DNA of 64,000 nt from Clostridiales bacterium (GTDB taxonomy: Bacteria > Bacillota > Clostridia > Oscillospirales > CAG-272), in the NCBI GenBank assembly GCA_016288155.1, contig JAEEYP010000105.1, positions 2,746 through 66,745 on the forward strand, in the 5' to 3' direction. Positions within the stretch are counted from its first letter, which is position 1. Every line of letters starts with the position of its first letter. The notes beneath the pieces were generated by a model. That model was not told the origin of the DNA. It saw nothing but the letters and a program-made list of their open reading frames with translations, and searched no databases. A program made the position numbers and the translations under genes. Positions 45,736 to 54,672 of the stretch are shown one piece after another.

Positions 45736-46428
45736 TCAGTCCGCGTCTCCCTTGAGCAGCACGTCGAAGAGCATCTCCGCGAACAGCTCGTGCATCTCCC
45801 GGACGGGATGGTTGATCCGGTTGGCGAGGAGCATGGTGACATCCTCCGTTTCGGCGCGCTTTTTCCACGCCGCATAGCAGTCGCAGACCGTGACGCCGCA
45901 CGTCCGGGCGAGCGCGCACGCCTCCTTCATGTAGAGATCCATCCGTCCGCCGTTCTGGTATTCCGCGGTAACGGCGGCGTAGGAGCGGTAATCCGGGATC
46001 GTATCCGGCGCGACGCGCGTGTTGAGCATGTTCGGCGTCATGAACACCGTATCCCTCTCCCCGCTCCGGCAGGCGGTGAAGATCTCCTTGAGGGAAGCGA
46101 GATACTCGTCGAGCGGACCGTTGACGTCGTTCAGCCCGAAGCAGACGATCACGAGGTCGGGACGATGAGACAGTACGTCGCGCTCGATCCGTCCGACGGA
46201 GGCCTTCGCCGTGATCCCGTTGATCCCGGCGTCGACGGCGTTGACCGGCATGGACGGATTGACGGCGTTCAGCTTCCGCCGCAGGCGGTTCCAGTACACG
46301 CTTTCATAATCGTACTCTCCCGGAGCGACGCAGCCGTGGGTGACGCTGTCGCCGAAGGCGACGAGGTTGACGGGACCGTGCTCGATCAGTCCGGAAAGGT
46401 CCAGCGATATCTTATCTTTTATACGCAT
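45736..46428 (-). CDS. SGNH/GDSL hydrolase (esterase)
   Basis: ATG at 46428 with GGAG 8 nt upstream. VAFGDSVTHG and GLNDV motifs. Confidence 0.75.
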   Translation of the reverse strand: MRIKDKISLDLSGLIEHGPVNLVAFGDSVTHGCVAPGEYDYESVYWNRLRRKLNAVNPSMPVNAVDAGINGITAKASVGRIERDVLSHRPDLVIVCFGLNDVNGPLDEYLASLKEIFTACRSGERDTVFMTPNMLNTRVAPDTIPDYRSYAAVTAEYQNGGRMDLYMKEACALARTCGVTVCDCYAAWKKRAETEDVTMLLANRINHPVREMHELFAEMLFDVLLKGDAD

Positions 46429-46433
46429 GGCAG

Positions 46434-47003
46434 TCACTCCGGTTTCGTTTCGAGCTTCAGCGGATAATCGCCGAGATGTTCGAGCTTGAAGCCGTTTTTC
46501 TTATACGTCTCGTAGTCGAACGCGTCGAGCTCGTCCATCGCCAGCTTGTGAAATTCATAGAAATTGTGCCACCACTCGTAGCCGGAGCCGAGCTCGGCGC
46601 CGAGATACGCGTCCGCGATGTCGCAGCCCATCTGCGGGGCGACGTAGAACGCGCCCATCGCGAGCACGTTCACCCCGTTGCCGGTGATCGCCCGGAGCGC
46701 GGCGGGAACGCTTTCCACTACGCCCGCGTGGATCCCGGGACATTTGCTCGCGGCGATGTGGATGCCCATGCCCGTCCCGCAGAAGAGGAGCGCGCGCTCG
46801 AAGTTCCCCTCCGATACCTGTGCCGCGACCCGCAGTCCGACGCGGTGAAACATGTTTTCCGTGTCGTCGGAGTCCGGATCGGTCACGCCGAGGTCGGTGA
46901 TCTTCCATCCCTTCGCGCGCAGATGCGCGCAGACGGCTTCCTTCAGCGGATACCCCGCGAAGTCCGCGCCGACGACGAGATACTTGTCCTTGATCGTTTT
47001 CAT
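46434..47003 (-). CDS. RpiB/LacA/LacB family sugar-phosphate isomerase with a ~40-aa C-terminal extension
   Basis: MKTIKDKYLVVGADFAGYPLK..., LLFCGTGMGIHIAASK active-site Cys loop. GGGAGG RBS. Confidence 0.75.
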   Translation of the reverse strand: MKTIKDKYLVVGADFAGYPLKEAVCAHLRAKGWKITDLGVTDPDSDDTENMFHRVGLRVAAQVSEGNFERALLFCGTGMGIHIAASKCPGIHAGVVESVPAALRAITGNGVNVLAMGAFYVAPQMGCDIADAYLGAELGSGYEWWHNFYEFHKLAMDELDAFDYETYKKNGFKLEHLGDYPLKLETKPE

Positions 47004-47074
47004 GCCGTGCCTCCCGTTTTGATGATCGTTGGATATATTTTGCCGACCTGCGTCGGTTTCTTTTGCGGCGGAGA

Positions 47075-48043
47075 TCATAAGAGCCGCTCCAGTTCTTCCG
47101 GCGGGATCGCCGTATCCCACGCTTTCATGGCGTCCTGCAGCTGTTCCATGCCGTGCGGTCCGAACAACGGAACGCAGGGAAACGGCTGTACCCACAAGAA
47201 CGCCAGAAGGAGCTGCGTCACGGTGACGTCGTACCGGCGCGTCAGGTCCCTGATCCTCCCGGCGATCCGGACGTTGCCCTCCGTGCAGTACGGACTGCCG
47301 GAGACCGCCTGCGGTCCCCCGCTCAGGAAGCGGTGGAAGAACCCACCCGCGACGCTCGTGAAAGCGATCGCCAGGATCCTTTCATTCTTCACGTGATAGT
47401 CCCGCAGATCTCCGCGGATCGCCCTGAGCGTATCGTCCGCGGGCGGCTTCATGTACTTGACTCCCGCGTTCAGCAGCGCTTCGTCGCAGACGAAGCCCCG
47501 GTACCCCATCCTCCGGGCATAGCCGTCCGCCGCGGCGATCCGATCGGCATCCCAGTTGGAACAGCCGTAATACCGGATCTTCCCTTCCCTTCGGAGTTTT
47601 TCCATCGTCTCGATCTCTTCTTCCACGCTCTGCGTCCGATCGTCCCGATGGTACAGATAGACGTCGATCGTATCGACTCCCATCGCTTTCAGGGATGCTT
47701 CGACGTCATGCCGCATATCGTTTTCGGTCATGCGGGAAACGTGGACGTCGGCGCCCGGTCCGCGCGCCTCCGGATGCCCGCCCTTCGTGACGAGCACGAC
47801 CCTGCCGCGCTTCTTCTCCCGCCGGAACCAATCCCCCAGCACGCGCTCGCTGCGCCCGATCTCCGGAGGGATCCAGTCCGAGTACACCCGCGCGGTGTCG
47901 ATGAGATTGCCGCCCGCATCGAGAAATGCATCGAATATCCGGTCGGCTTCGGTACCGTCCCAGTGGATCCCCGCCATTGCCGTTCCCAAACCGATCGCGG
48001 ATACCGACAGATCCGTGTCGGCGATCCGTACGCGCTTTTCCAT
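47075..48043 (-). CDS. Aldo/keto reductase
   Basis: LSVSAIGLGT, NLIDTARVY, YLYHRDD, YYGCSNW motifs. Confidence 0.85.
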   Translation of the reverse strand: MEKRVRIADTDLSVSAIGLGTAMAGIHWDGTEADRIFDAFLDAGGNLIDTARVYSDWIPPEIGRSERVLGDWFRREKKRGRVVLVTKGGHPEARGPGADVHVSRMTENDMRHDVEASLKAMGVDTIDVYLYHRDDRTQSVEEEIETMEKLRREGKIRYYGCSNWDADRIAAADGYARRMGYRGFVCDEALLNAGVKYMKPPADDTLRAIRGDLRDYHVKNERILAIAFTSVAGGFFHRFLSGGPQAVSGSPYCTEGNVRIAGRIRDLTRRYDVTVTQLLLAFLWVQPFPCVPLFGPHGMEQLQDAMKAWDTAIPPEELERLL

Positions 48044-48075
48044 GTCGTCCCTCCCGATGCCGCGGTAACGATTCT

Positions 48076-48104
48076 ATCTTAACACAATTATCATGACAAG
48101 TCAA
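48076..48104 (-). promoter_or_regulatory. Promoter TTGACT-17-TAAGAT for the AKR-RpiB-SGNH-SGNH-GH35 operon
   Basis: The reverse complement reads tcTTGACTtgtcatgataattgtgtTAAGATag. Confidence 0.45.
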
Positions 48105-48319
48105 GACGGCATCGTGATATTTTCCGCCTCCCGACGGATCCCGTACTGGATACCGCCGCACGGCGCACAAACAGCACGGTCCGCCCGCACTTTTCAGCGC
48201 CGGGTGCTTGCATTCACGCGGAATCTATGGTAATATAATATGGTAATGTAAATGGAGACCGGACTGCGCGCAGGCGCGCCGTCCGTCTCCCATGATCCGT
48301 ATGAAAGGCGGTATTTCCC

Positions 48320-49123
48320 ATGACGTCACGCAAAACGTGGCCGCTCGCTCTCTCCGTCCGTCCCGAAGCGATGAAGGCGGAAACGCTCTCCGCGCTTGCC
48401 GCGGCCGGCATCCGCGAGCTCGAACTCTCCTCCGGCGCCGCCGCGCCCTTCTTCGACGAACTCGACTTTCCGCACAAAGCCCGCGCGATCGCCGCGCTCG
48501 CCGACTCCTGCGGCGTGACGATCTCCTCCGTCCATCTTCCCTTCGCTCCCTTTTCCGAGATCGATCCCGCCGACCGGGACGCCGCCGTCCGGGAGCACGC
48601 CGTCCGTCTTCAGACCGAGCTGCTCGACGCCGCCGGCGACGCAGGGATCCGCCTGGCGGTGATCCATCCCTCCGGCGAGCCGTACCGGGAAGAGGAGCGC
48701 GCCGAACGGCTGGCGCTCGCCGCGGATACCGTCGCCCGCCTGACGGATGCCGCCGGGGGAGCCGGCGTAACGCTGTGCCTCGAGAACCTGCCCCGCACCT
48801 GCCTCTGCCGTACCTCCGACGAAATGCTGTATTTCCTCAGCCGGATCCCGGCGCTGCGGGTAGTCTTCGATACGAACCACAGCCTCACGGAGGACAACGT
48901 CCATTATATCCGCGCGGTCGGCGACAGGATCGTCACCCTGCACGTGTCGGATTACGATTTCATCGACGAGAAGCACTGGCTCCCGCTCGAAGGAAAGAAC
49001 GATTGGGGAGCCATCGTCTCCGCGCTCGAGGAGGTAGGATACGCCGGGCGGTTCCTCTATGAACTGAAGCCCGGACACACCTATGCACAGATCGCGGAAA
49101 ACTACAAAAAGCTGCTCGGCTGA
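48320..49123 (+). CDS. Xylose-isomerase-like TIM-barrel protein (sugar phosphate isomerase/epimerase family)
   Basis: SSVHLPF, LAVIHPSGE, LCLENL, DTNH, HVSDY metal/strand pattern. Confidence 0.7.
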   Translation: MTSRKTWPLALSVRPEAMKAETLSALAAAGIRELELSSGAAAPFFDELDFPHKARAIAALADSCGVTISSVHLPFAPFSEIDPADRDAAVREHAVRLQTELLDAAGDAGIRLAVIHPSGEPYREEERAERLALAADTVARLTDAAGGAGVTLCLENLPRTCLCRTSDEMLYFLSRIPALRVVFDTNHSLTEDNVHYIRAVGDRIVTLHVSDYDFIDEKHWLPLEGKNDWGAIVSALEEVGYAGRFLYELKPGHTYAQIAENYKKLLG

Positions 49124-49155
49124 GCGGGCTGCCGGTTTGAAAGGAGCGACGTTCC

Positions 49156-51222
49156 ATGAAGCAGCGGATCCTCTCGTTTGCCCTGACCCTCGTTCTTCTT
49201 TTGAGTTCCCTTCTCAGCGGATGCGGCATTCTGCCGGGCGGCAGTCCGAGTACGGACACGGCCGCCGGTCCCGTCACGACCGATCCCCCGTCCGCCGATA
49301 GCGGCACGGAACAGACCGCGGCGCCGATCCCCGAAACGGAACCTCCGTCCACACCCTACTATGCGGAGATCATGGAAAACGGCTTCGGGATGTTCCCCGC
49401 GTTCCCGTTCGATCTGGACGACTTCACCTTCTGCACCGGCGGCAAAGCGGCCGCCGTACATACCGTTCCGGACAATTCCGTCTGTCAGCTTGCCCTGCTC
49501 GACGTGACGAGCGGCGAGTGCCTCACGGCGGAATACGTCTTTCCCGCCTCGGAGGACCCGGACGCCTGGAACTACGCGGACGTCTTTCAGCTCGGCGGAT
49601 ATACGGTATTGTGCGATATGAGGAACGGCCACTATATCTCTTACGACGACACCCTGTCCCCGGTCTGTACCGTGGACGCGCCGATCGAGCTGTATACGGC
49701 GAGCCAGCTCTCCGACGACACGCTCTTCATCATCAGCAGCTACGGGAACTGCATGCTTCTGCGCGTAGGAGAGGACGGTACGCTGGACATGCAGACCGTC
49801 GACGTCGGCACCGGCGAGGAGCTGTGGCTGTACGGCGCGCGCGGCATGCTCCCGGACGGCCGCATCCTCCTCGTCGGAAGCGATACGACGGACTGGGAAC
49901 AGGTCTTCGGCTTCTATGACGCGCAGGCATCCGTTTTCACACCGCTGTGCGTCGATCCGTCCGCCTTGGACGTGAGGATCCTCGGCGATACGGTCGCGCT
50001 TCTTTCCGGCAATCCGCCCGCCGTTACGCTGTACGACGCCGCCACACCGCATATGGTCCGCACGATGTACACGGCGGGTGGCGCGACGCCGGTCGAGACG
50101 CGGTACGACACGCGGTACCTCTACTATTATTCGGCGACCGACAGCGCGCTGGAGCTGATGCGGTATTCCACGGAGGACGGGGCGCTGTCCGCCTCCGTTC
50201 TGATGCCGCGGGACGATCCGTTCCTCTTCGCCTCCCGCGTCAGCGAGGAAAACGGACTCGTGTATTTCTACTTCTACGACGGCGACGGATACCGTCTCTG
50301 CGTATGGGAGCCGACGCCGACGGAGCACGCCGACGAGGATCCTTACGCGCTCCTGAAGGAGAACAGCTCCTCCGTCACGCGGGACAACTCCCGTCTTGCC
50401 GCCCGTCTGTCGGCTGAAACGGGGATCACGATCCGCTACGGCGTCGACGCGGACGTCTTCTTCTCCGGCTACGCGGTGCGCGCGGAAAACGATCCGTACC
50501 TGATCCGCGACGCGCTCGGAACGCTGGAAAGATTCTTTGACCGCCTGCCGGACGGCTTCCTTGCGGAGTTGCTCGACGAGTTTTATACCATGTCGATCTA
50601 CCTGACCGGGCGGCTGATGCCGGACACCTACTCGTCTTCCTCGATCGGCGACGCCGCGGCGTTCACCACGGAGTCGAACCGATACGCGTACATCGTCATC
50701 GACATCACCACGAGCTCCCTCGACCGGACGGTAGCGCACGAATTCATGCACCTGATCGACCACGCCGTATGGTACATGAAGTACGAGGACGGCAGGGATG
50801 ATCTGGAGGCTTTCGCCCGCTGGCCGCTGCTCAATCCGTCCGATTTCCGCTACAGCGAAAGCTACAAGGACGGCGACGGACGGACGCTCGATTACCTGGA
50901 TTCGCCGTACACGGCGAGTTTCGCGGGAGAGGACGCGGACATCGACGAGCTGTACTTCGTCGACGGGTACGCCACGACCTACATGAAAGAGGATATGGCG
51001 CGCTTCTTCGAGTATCTGTGCACCTGCGGCGACGAGCTGCCCTCGTATTTCTACGGGAAAGGGATGCAGACCAAAGCGGCGTACCTCTGCCTCTGCCTCC
51101 GTCAGGCGTTCCGTTCCCTTGACGGCTGTGAGACGGCGCCGTGGGAGGAAGGCATCCATACGGACGCGACGCTGGAGGACTATATAGGATCCTATGACCT
51201 GAGTCTCCTCGCCGCCGGCTGA
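49156..51222 (+). CDS. Lipoprotein with a C-terminal HEXXH (zincin-like) domain; function unknown
   Basis: MKQRILSFALTLVLLLSSLLSGC lipobox, Pro/Thr linker, VAHEFMHLIDH motif near residue 520. Confidence 0.7.
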   Translation: MKQRILSFALTLVLLLSSLLSGCGILPGGSPSTDTAAGPVTTDPPSADSGTEQTAAPIPETEPPSTPYYAEIMENGFGMFPAFPFDLDDFTFCTGGKAAAVHTVPDNSVCQLALLDVTSGECLTAEYVFPASEDPDAWNYADVFQLGGYTVLCDMRNGHYISYDDTLSPVCTVDAPIELYTASQLSDDTLFIISSYGNCMLLRVGEDGTLDMQTVDVGTGEELWLYGARGMLPDGRILLVGSDTTDWEQVFGFYDAQASVFTPLCVDPSALDVRILGDTVALLSGNPPAVTLYDAATPHMVRTMYTAGGATPVETRYDTRYLYYYSATDSALELMRYSTEDGALSASVLMPRDDPFLFASRVSEENGLVYFYFYDGDGYRLCVWEPTPTEHADEDPYALLKENSSSVTRDNSRLAARLSAETGITIRYGVDADVFFSGYAVRAENDPYLIRDALGTLERFFDRLPDGFLAELLDEFYTMSIYLTGRLMPDTYSSSSIGDAAAFTTESNRYAYIVIDITTSSLDRTVAHEFMHLIDHAVWYMKYEDGRDDLEAFARWPLLNPSDFRYSESYKDGDGRTLDYLDSPYTASFAGEDADIDELYFVDGYATTYMKEDMARFFEYLCTCGDELPSYFYGKGMQTKAAYLCLCLRQAFRSLDGCETAPWEEGIHTDATLEDYIGSYDLSLLAAG

Positions 51223-51254
51223 AGCGCCGCGGCGATGGTACCCGATCCGAAATC

Positions 51255-51287
51255 AAAACGGCTGTGCTTTTGCGCACAGCCGTTTTT
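51255..51287. terminator. Bidirectional rho-independent terminator
   Basis: aaaacggctgtgc / gcacagccgttttt. Confidence 0.85.
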
Positions 51288-51303
51288 CGTTATCCTCTGT
51301 CCG

Positions 51304-52944
51304 TCAGCCGCCGTAGCCTTCCGGCAGGCGGAGCTCCACGCGGATGCTGTTCACTTCCTCGGCGGAATACAGCCGCCCGTAGACGAGGCAGTACCAGTAC
51401 CTTCCCGCTTCCCAACGGTGTTTGTAGCTGGTGACGCCGATACCGTCGACTTGCTCGCCGTTGATCCACACGCGCAGCGTCTGCCGCGCAAGAGACTTTC
51501 CGTACTGTCCCGAACGCAGGATCCCCGCCGCGTTCGAGTCGATCGAGCCGTAATGCCGATAGTACTCCGGATACAATATCTTCCCGCCCGGAGATTGCGT
51601 TACATATCCGATGCCATCGGCCCAGAAATACCAGTAATCCTTTTCCGATTCGGTGAAGGCTGCGATCGGATACCGCGGTTCAAACTTCAAATTCGGATCG
51701 TATGCCCCGCCCAGCGGCACCGTCGTCGGGTACTCGACCGAATAATACATCATGTCCGCGCTGAAGCCGAGGCTGGGCGTGAAGCCGACCGCGCCCTCGC
51801 TGTACGTCAGCGCAAGCTCACCCGTCGCGTTCTTCTGGAACTCCCAGACGGCGTAGTCGCCCTCCGTCGGCGCGTCGACGCCGTAGCCGGGCGTTTCGTA
51901 CACATAATTCCACTGCTGCTCCTCGGGAACAAAACCGTACGTGCGCAGTTCGATATCGCCGACGGACTTATAGTAACACCGCGCAAGGCCTGTACGCGCC
52001 AACTCGTCGATCGGGACGCACGTCCATCCGTCCATGTTGTACGCCGTCACCTGCACGCTGCCGATCCACGTCGTGATGCGCGTGTCATAATAGGGACCGA
52101 CCGGCTTTCCCGCCGGCGCCGTCCGTACCCATTCGCTGATTTCCGCAGTACGGGCGCTGGCGGCGTAGTCGATGGGGAAGGCGGTGCGCTCCGTGCAGAT
52201 GACGAGCCGCGCCGTTTCCGGCTGCCATTCGACGGCGAAGCCGTACTGTGCCAGATCCTCCGCGGAGACGCAGAGCTTCCCCTCGATCTCGTAAGCGGGG
52301 ATAGGCTGATTGTCGACGTACACCGTCTTTTTTGTGTAGTACGCCTGACCGGGCGCGCCGTTCTCTGCCGGGACGTCGGTCCATTGTCCGGGCGCGCCGT
52401 TCTCTGCCAGGACATCGATTCCCTGTCCGGTCACGCCTTCCGTGATGAGGGCGATGCGTCCGCCGTACTCGTTATAGGCGCTGGCGACGCCGGTACGTAC
52501 CAGCTCGCTGATTGGGACGCACGTGCGGCCGCCGATGTTGTAACCCGTCACCTGCTCACTGCCGACCCACGTCGTAGCGAGGGTGTAGAGATACTGATAC
52601 GCCTTCCCGCCCGCCGGGACCAGATGCACCATATTGTACGTTTCCGCGTAATGGGAATTGATGGCGTAGTTTTCGGGGGAGGCGGTGCGCTCCGTGCGGA
52701 TGATGAGGCGCGCCGTATCCGACTTCCATTCGAGGGCAAAGCCGTACTCCGCCAGATCCTCCGCGATGACGCAGAGCTTTCCTTCGATTTTTAAGGCAGG
52801 GATGTAGTAACTGTCGAGCGTCACCGTGTTTTCTGGGAAATACGCCCAGCCGATCGCGTCGCCCGGCTGCAGCGCCGCCGCCTGCGGCACGCAAAACAGC
52901 GCGAAGACCAGCGTCATCGCCAATACGATCCCAAGTTTTTTCAT
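51304..52944 (-). CDS. Secreted protein with two tandem ~165-aa repeats (copper-amine-oxidase-N-like stalk motif) and a unique C-terminal domain
   Basis: Signal peptide MKKLGIVLAMTLVFALFCVPQAAA. The repeats are IPALKIEGKLCVIAEDLAEYGFALEW... and IPAYEIEGKLCVSAEDLAQYGFAVEW.... Confidence 0.75.
   Translation of the reverse strand: MKKLGIVLAMTLVFALFCVPQAAALQPGDAIGWAYFPENTVTLDSYYIPALKIEGKLCVIAEDLAEYGFALEWKSDTARLIIRTERTASPENYAINSHYAETYNMVHLVPAGGKAYQYLYTLATTWVGSEQVTGYNIGGRTCVPISELVRTGVASAYNEYGGRIALITEGVTGQGIDVLAENGAPGQWTDVPAENGAPGQAYYTKKTVYVDNQPIPAYEIEGKLCVSAEDLAQYGFAVEWQPETARLVICTERTAFPIDYAASARTAEISEWVRTAPAGKPVGPYYDTRITTWIGSVQVTAYNMDGWTCVPIDELARTGLARCYYKSVGDIELRTYGFVPEEQQWNYVYETPGYGVDAPTEGDYAVWEFQKNATGELALTYSEGAVGFTPSLGFSADMMYYSVEYPTTVPLGGAYDPNLKFEPRYPIAAFTESEKDYWYFWADGIGYVTQSPGGKILYPEYYRHYGSIDSNAAGILRSGQYGKSLARQTLRVWINGEQVDGIGVTSYKHRWEAGRYWYCLVYGRLYSAEEVNSIRVELRLPEGYGG
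52349..52408. repeat. Two exact 21-bp copies (ccgggcgcgccgttctctgcc) 39 bp apart inside the CDS; they encode ENGAPGQ twice
   Basis: Read directly at 52349-52369 and 52388-52408. Confidence 0.85.
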
Positions 52945-52994
52945 CGTCTTTCTCCTTTTTTGATTCCGGATTCATTATAATGCAGACGCGCGGG
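52925..52994. repeat. Copy 1 of a 70-bp repeat: first codons (MKKLGIV), RBS and -10 region of a secreted-protein gene
   Basis: Differs from 54354..54423 at one position. Confidence 0.9.
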
Positions 52995-53002
52995 GCTGTC
53001 AA
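52974..53002 (-). promoter_or_regulatory. Perfect consensus promoter TTGACA-17-TATAAT for 51304..52944
   Basis: The reverse complement reads cTTGACAgccccgcgcgtctgcatTATAATgaa. Confidence 0.7.
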
Positions 53003-53091
53003 GAGCGGATCCGCTTTCCGCGTGCGTATATTGCTGTGCGGATGTCCTCTCCCCGGCGCGTCGGGGATCCTTTTTCTATTTTAGACAACAA

Positions 53092-53147
53092 AAACGTGAA
53101 AATGTGCCGATAAATCGAAAATGTTCAAAATATATTTACATTCTCGC
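53092..53147. promoter_or_regulatory. Copy 1 of a 56-bp upstream element with GAAAATGT / GAAAATGT / ACATTcTC half-sites
   Basis: Half-sites at 53098, 53117 and 53138 (spacing 19 and 21 bp). Paralogous to 54469..54524. Confidence 0.5.
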
Positions 53148-53155
53148 GCCGACCG

Positions 53156-54373
53156 TCACTTCTCCTCCCACGAGACCCCGCCGTCCGTCGAAATCCATTC
53201 AAACACGCCGCCCTCGCGGTCGTTCAGCGAGAGCCGCAGTCCGCCCGACTCCCCATTCAGACGGACAAGGCAGAATCCGCTCTCAAACCATCCGCTCTCC
53301 GAGGAGGCACAGGGGAGATCCCCCCGATAGAGGATCCGCCAACTTTGCCCGCCGTCAGAGGTGAACTGTCCGACGATGTCCTCCGCCCCGCCGGTCCAGT
53401 GCTCGGCGATCACGTTCTCGTACACAAGGAGCCCGATCCGTTCGCTCACCCAGCAGCTGTACGCATACCCGTCCCTCCATCCGGTCGGCTCCGGACGCGC
53501 ATCCGTTTCCACCCACGTGATCCCGCCGTCCGAAGTGAACAGCACGTTCGTTTTGGTATACCACGAATGGAAGACGAGCACGCCCGTGCTCTCGCCGATG
53601 CGCTGTAAGCTGCAGTTGTACACCGCGTCCTCGAGCGGGGAGAGATCGTAATACCACGCCTGCCAGTTTTCGTCGCCGTCGCTGCCCGGCGATGACACAA
53701 GAGACAACTTCCGCTCACAACTCGTGAATAGGCAGTCCGGGGAAACGAGCGGCTCCCCCGGGAAAACGGCGTCCGCGTACTTCTCACGGTAAAACGGCGC
53801 GACGGTCGGGTCTATTTTTACGTCTGTTATCGCCGAGGGCTGCCGGAAACCGTAAAACACGTGACACCCCTCGGGGATATAACCGTCGGTCGCCTGCCGG
53901 CAGCAGGCAAAGGCACCAAAGTCGATGAACCGCACGCTGTCCGGCAGAAGGACGCTTTCGATTTCCGTCTGATAAAAGGCGAAGCACCCGACGTAGCGCA
54001 GCGCGGTATTGAACTGTACGTTCCGGATCGTGCTCTCCTCGAACGCGCCCGGCGCGATAAAGAGGACGTTTTCGGGCAAAATGAACGTATCGGCGGCGCC
54101 GCCCCAGCGGTACAGCGTCCTGCCGTCCGCCGAGTACGTCGTGCCGTCGACGACGATCCAGCCGTCGGCGGGCCGCGCCGCATCGAGCGGGACGAACGCG
54201 CCGTCGTCGCCCTTCTGCACGATCTCCGCGCGCGTGACGCCGTCCCGTTCCGTATACCGGTAGGTGAACTCCGCCGACGGATCGGCGTATTCGGTCTTGT
54301 CGGAACGGGAACAGGAGAGCAGCAGACACGCGAGTGCGGCGGACAGAACGAAAACGATCCCAAGTTTTTTCAT
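53156..54373 (-). CDS. Lipoprotein with BspA-like LRR segment and BNR/Asp-box repeats
   Basis: MKKLGIVFVLSAALACLLLSC lipobox. APGAFEES...VGCFAFYQ...DFGAFACC is LRR-like. Asp-boxes TSDGGITW, TSDGGQSW and STDGGVSW. Confidence 0.75.
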   Translation of the reverse strand: MKKLGIVFVLSAALACLLLSCSRSDKTEYADPSAEFTYRYTERDGVTRAEIVQKGDDGAFVPLDAARPADGWIVVDGTTYSADGRTLYRWGGAADTFILPENVLFIAPGAFEESTIRNVQFNTALRYVGCFAFYQTEIESVLLPDSVRFIDFGAFACCRQATDGYIPEGCHVFYGFRQPSAITDVKIDPTVAPFYREKYADAVFPGEPLVSPDCLFTSCERKLSLVSSPGSDGDENWQAWYYDLSPLEDAVYNCSLQRIGESTGVLVFHSWYTKTNVLFTSDGGITWVETDARPEPTGWRDGYAYSCWVSERIGLLVYENVIAEHWTGGAEDIVGQFTSDGGQSWRILYRGDLPCASSESGWFESGFCLVRLNGESGGLRLSLNDREGGVFEWISTDGGVSWEEK

Positions 54374-54423
54374 CGTCTTTCTCCTTTTTTGATTCCGGAT
54401 TTATTATAATGCAGACGCGCGGG
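54354..54423. repeat. Copy 2 of the 70-bp start/RBS/-10 repeat
   Basis: See copy 1. Confidence 0.9.
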
Positions 54424-54431
54424 AAAATCAA
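54403..54431 (-). promoter_or_regulatory. Promoter TTGATT-17-TATAAT for 53156..54373
   Basis: The reverse complement reads cTTGATTttcccgcgcgtctgcatTATAATaaa. Confidence 0.65.
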
Positions 54432-54468
54432 GCGCTCTCACAAGTACTCTCATATATATAAACAATTG

Positions 54469-54524
54469 AAACGTGAGAATGTGCCGAAAAACCGAAAATG
54501 TTCAAAGAATGTTAACATTTTCGC
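54469..54524. promoter_or_regulatory. Copy 2 of the 56-bp upstream element (GAgAATGT / GAAAATGT / ACATTTTC)
   Basis: Half-sites at 54475, 54494 and 54515. GAAAATGTT and AACATTTTC form an exact 9-bp inverted repeat. Confidence 0.5.
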
Positions 54525-54576
54525 TTGCCGCCGCGGGGCGGCGTGAGCGGAACGCCGTCCGTCCCTCCCGCTGTTC

Positions 54577-54602
54577 ATACTATTTTATACTACTTTATAC
54601 TA
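54577..54602 (+). promoter_or_regulatory. Three ATACTA boxes phased exactly 10 bp apart upstream of the RHH gene (operator candidate)
   Basis: tcATACTAttttATACTActttATACTActtg. Boxes at 54577, 54587 and 54597. Confidence 0.5.
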
Positions 54603-54672
54603 CTTGTCAATACCAAATGCTACAAAAGGCTATAATAATACGTGTAACCTGTGGAAAGAACGGGATGGGAAA

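Noticed and set aside
48263-48300. GC-rich hairpin (ggagaccggac...gtccgtctcc) in the leader of the TIM-barrel gene, as a possible riboswitch or attenuator.
   Set aside because: It is a single stem-loop without a U-tract, alternative pairing or conserved-looking core. The evidence does not go beyond a stable leader hairpin.
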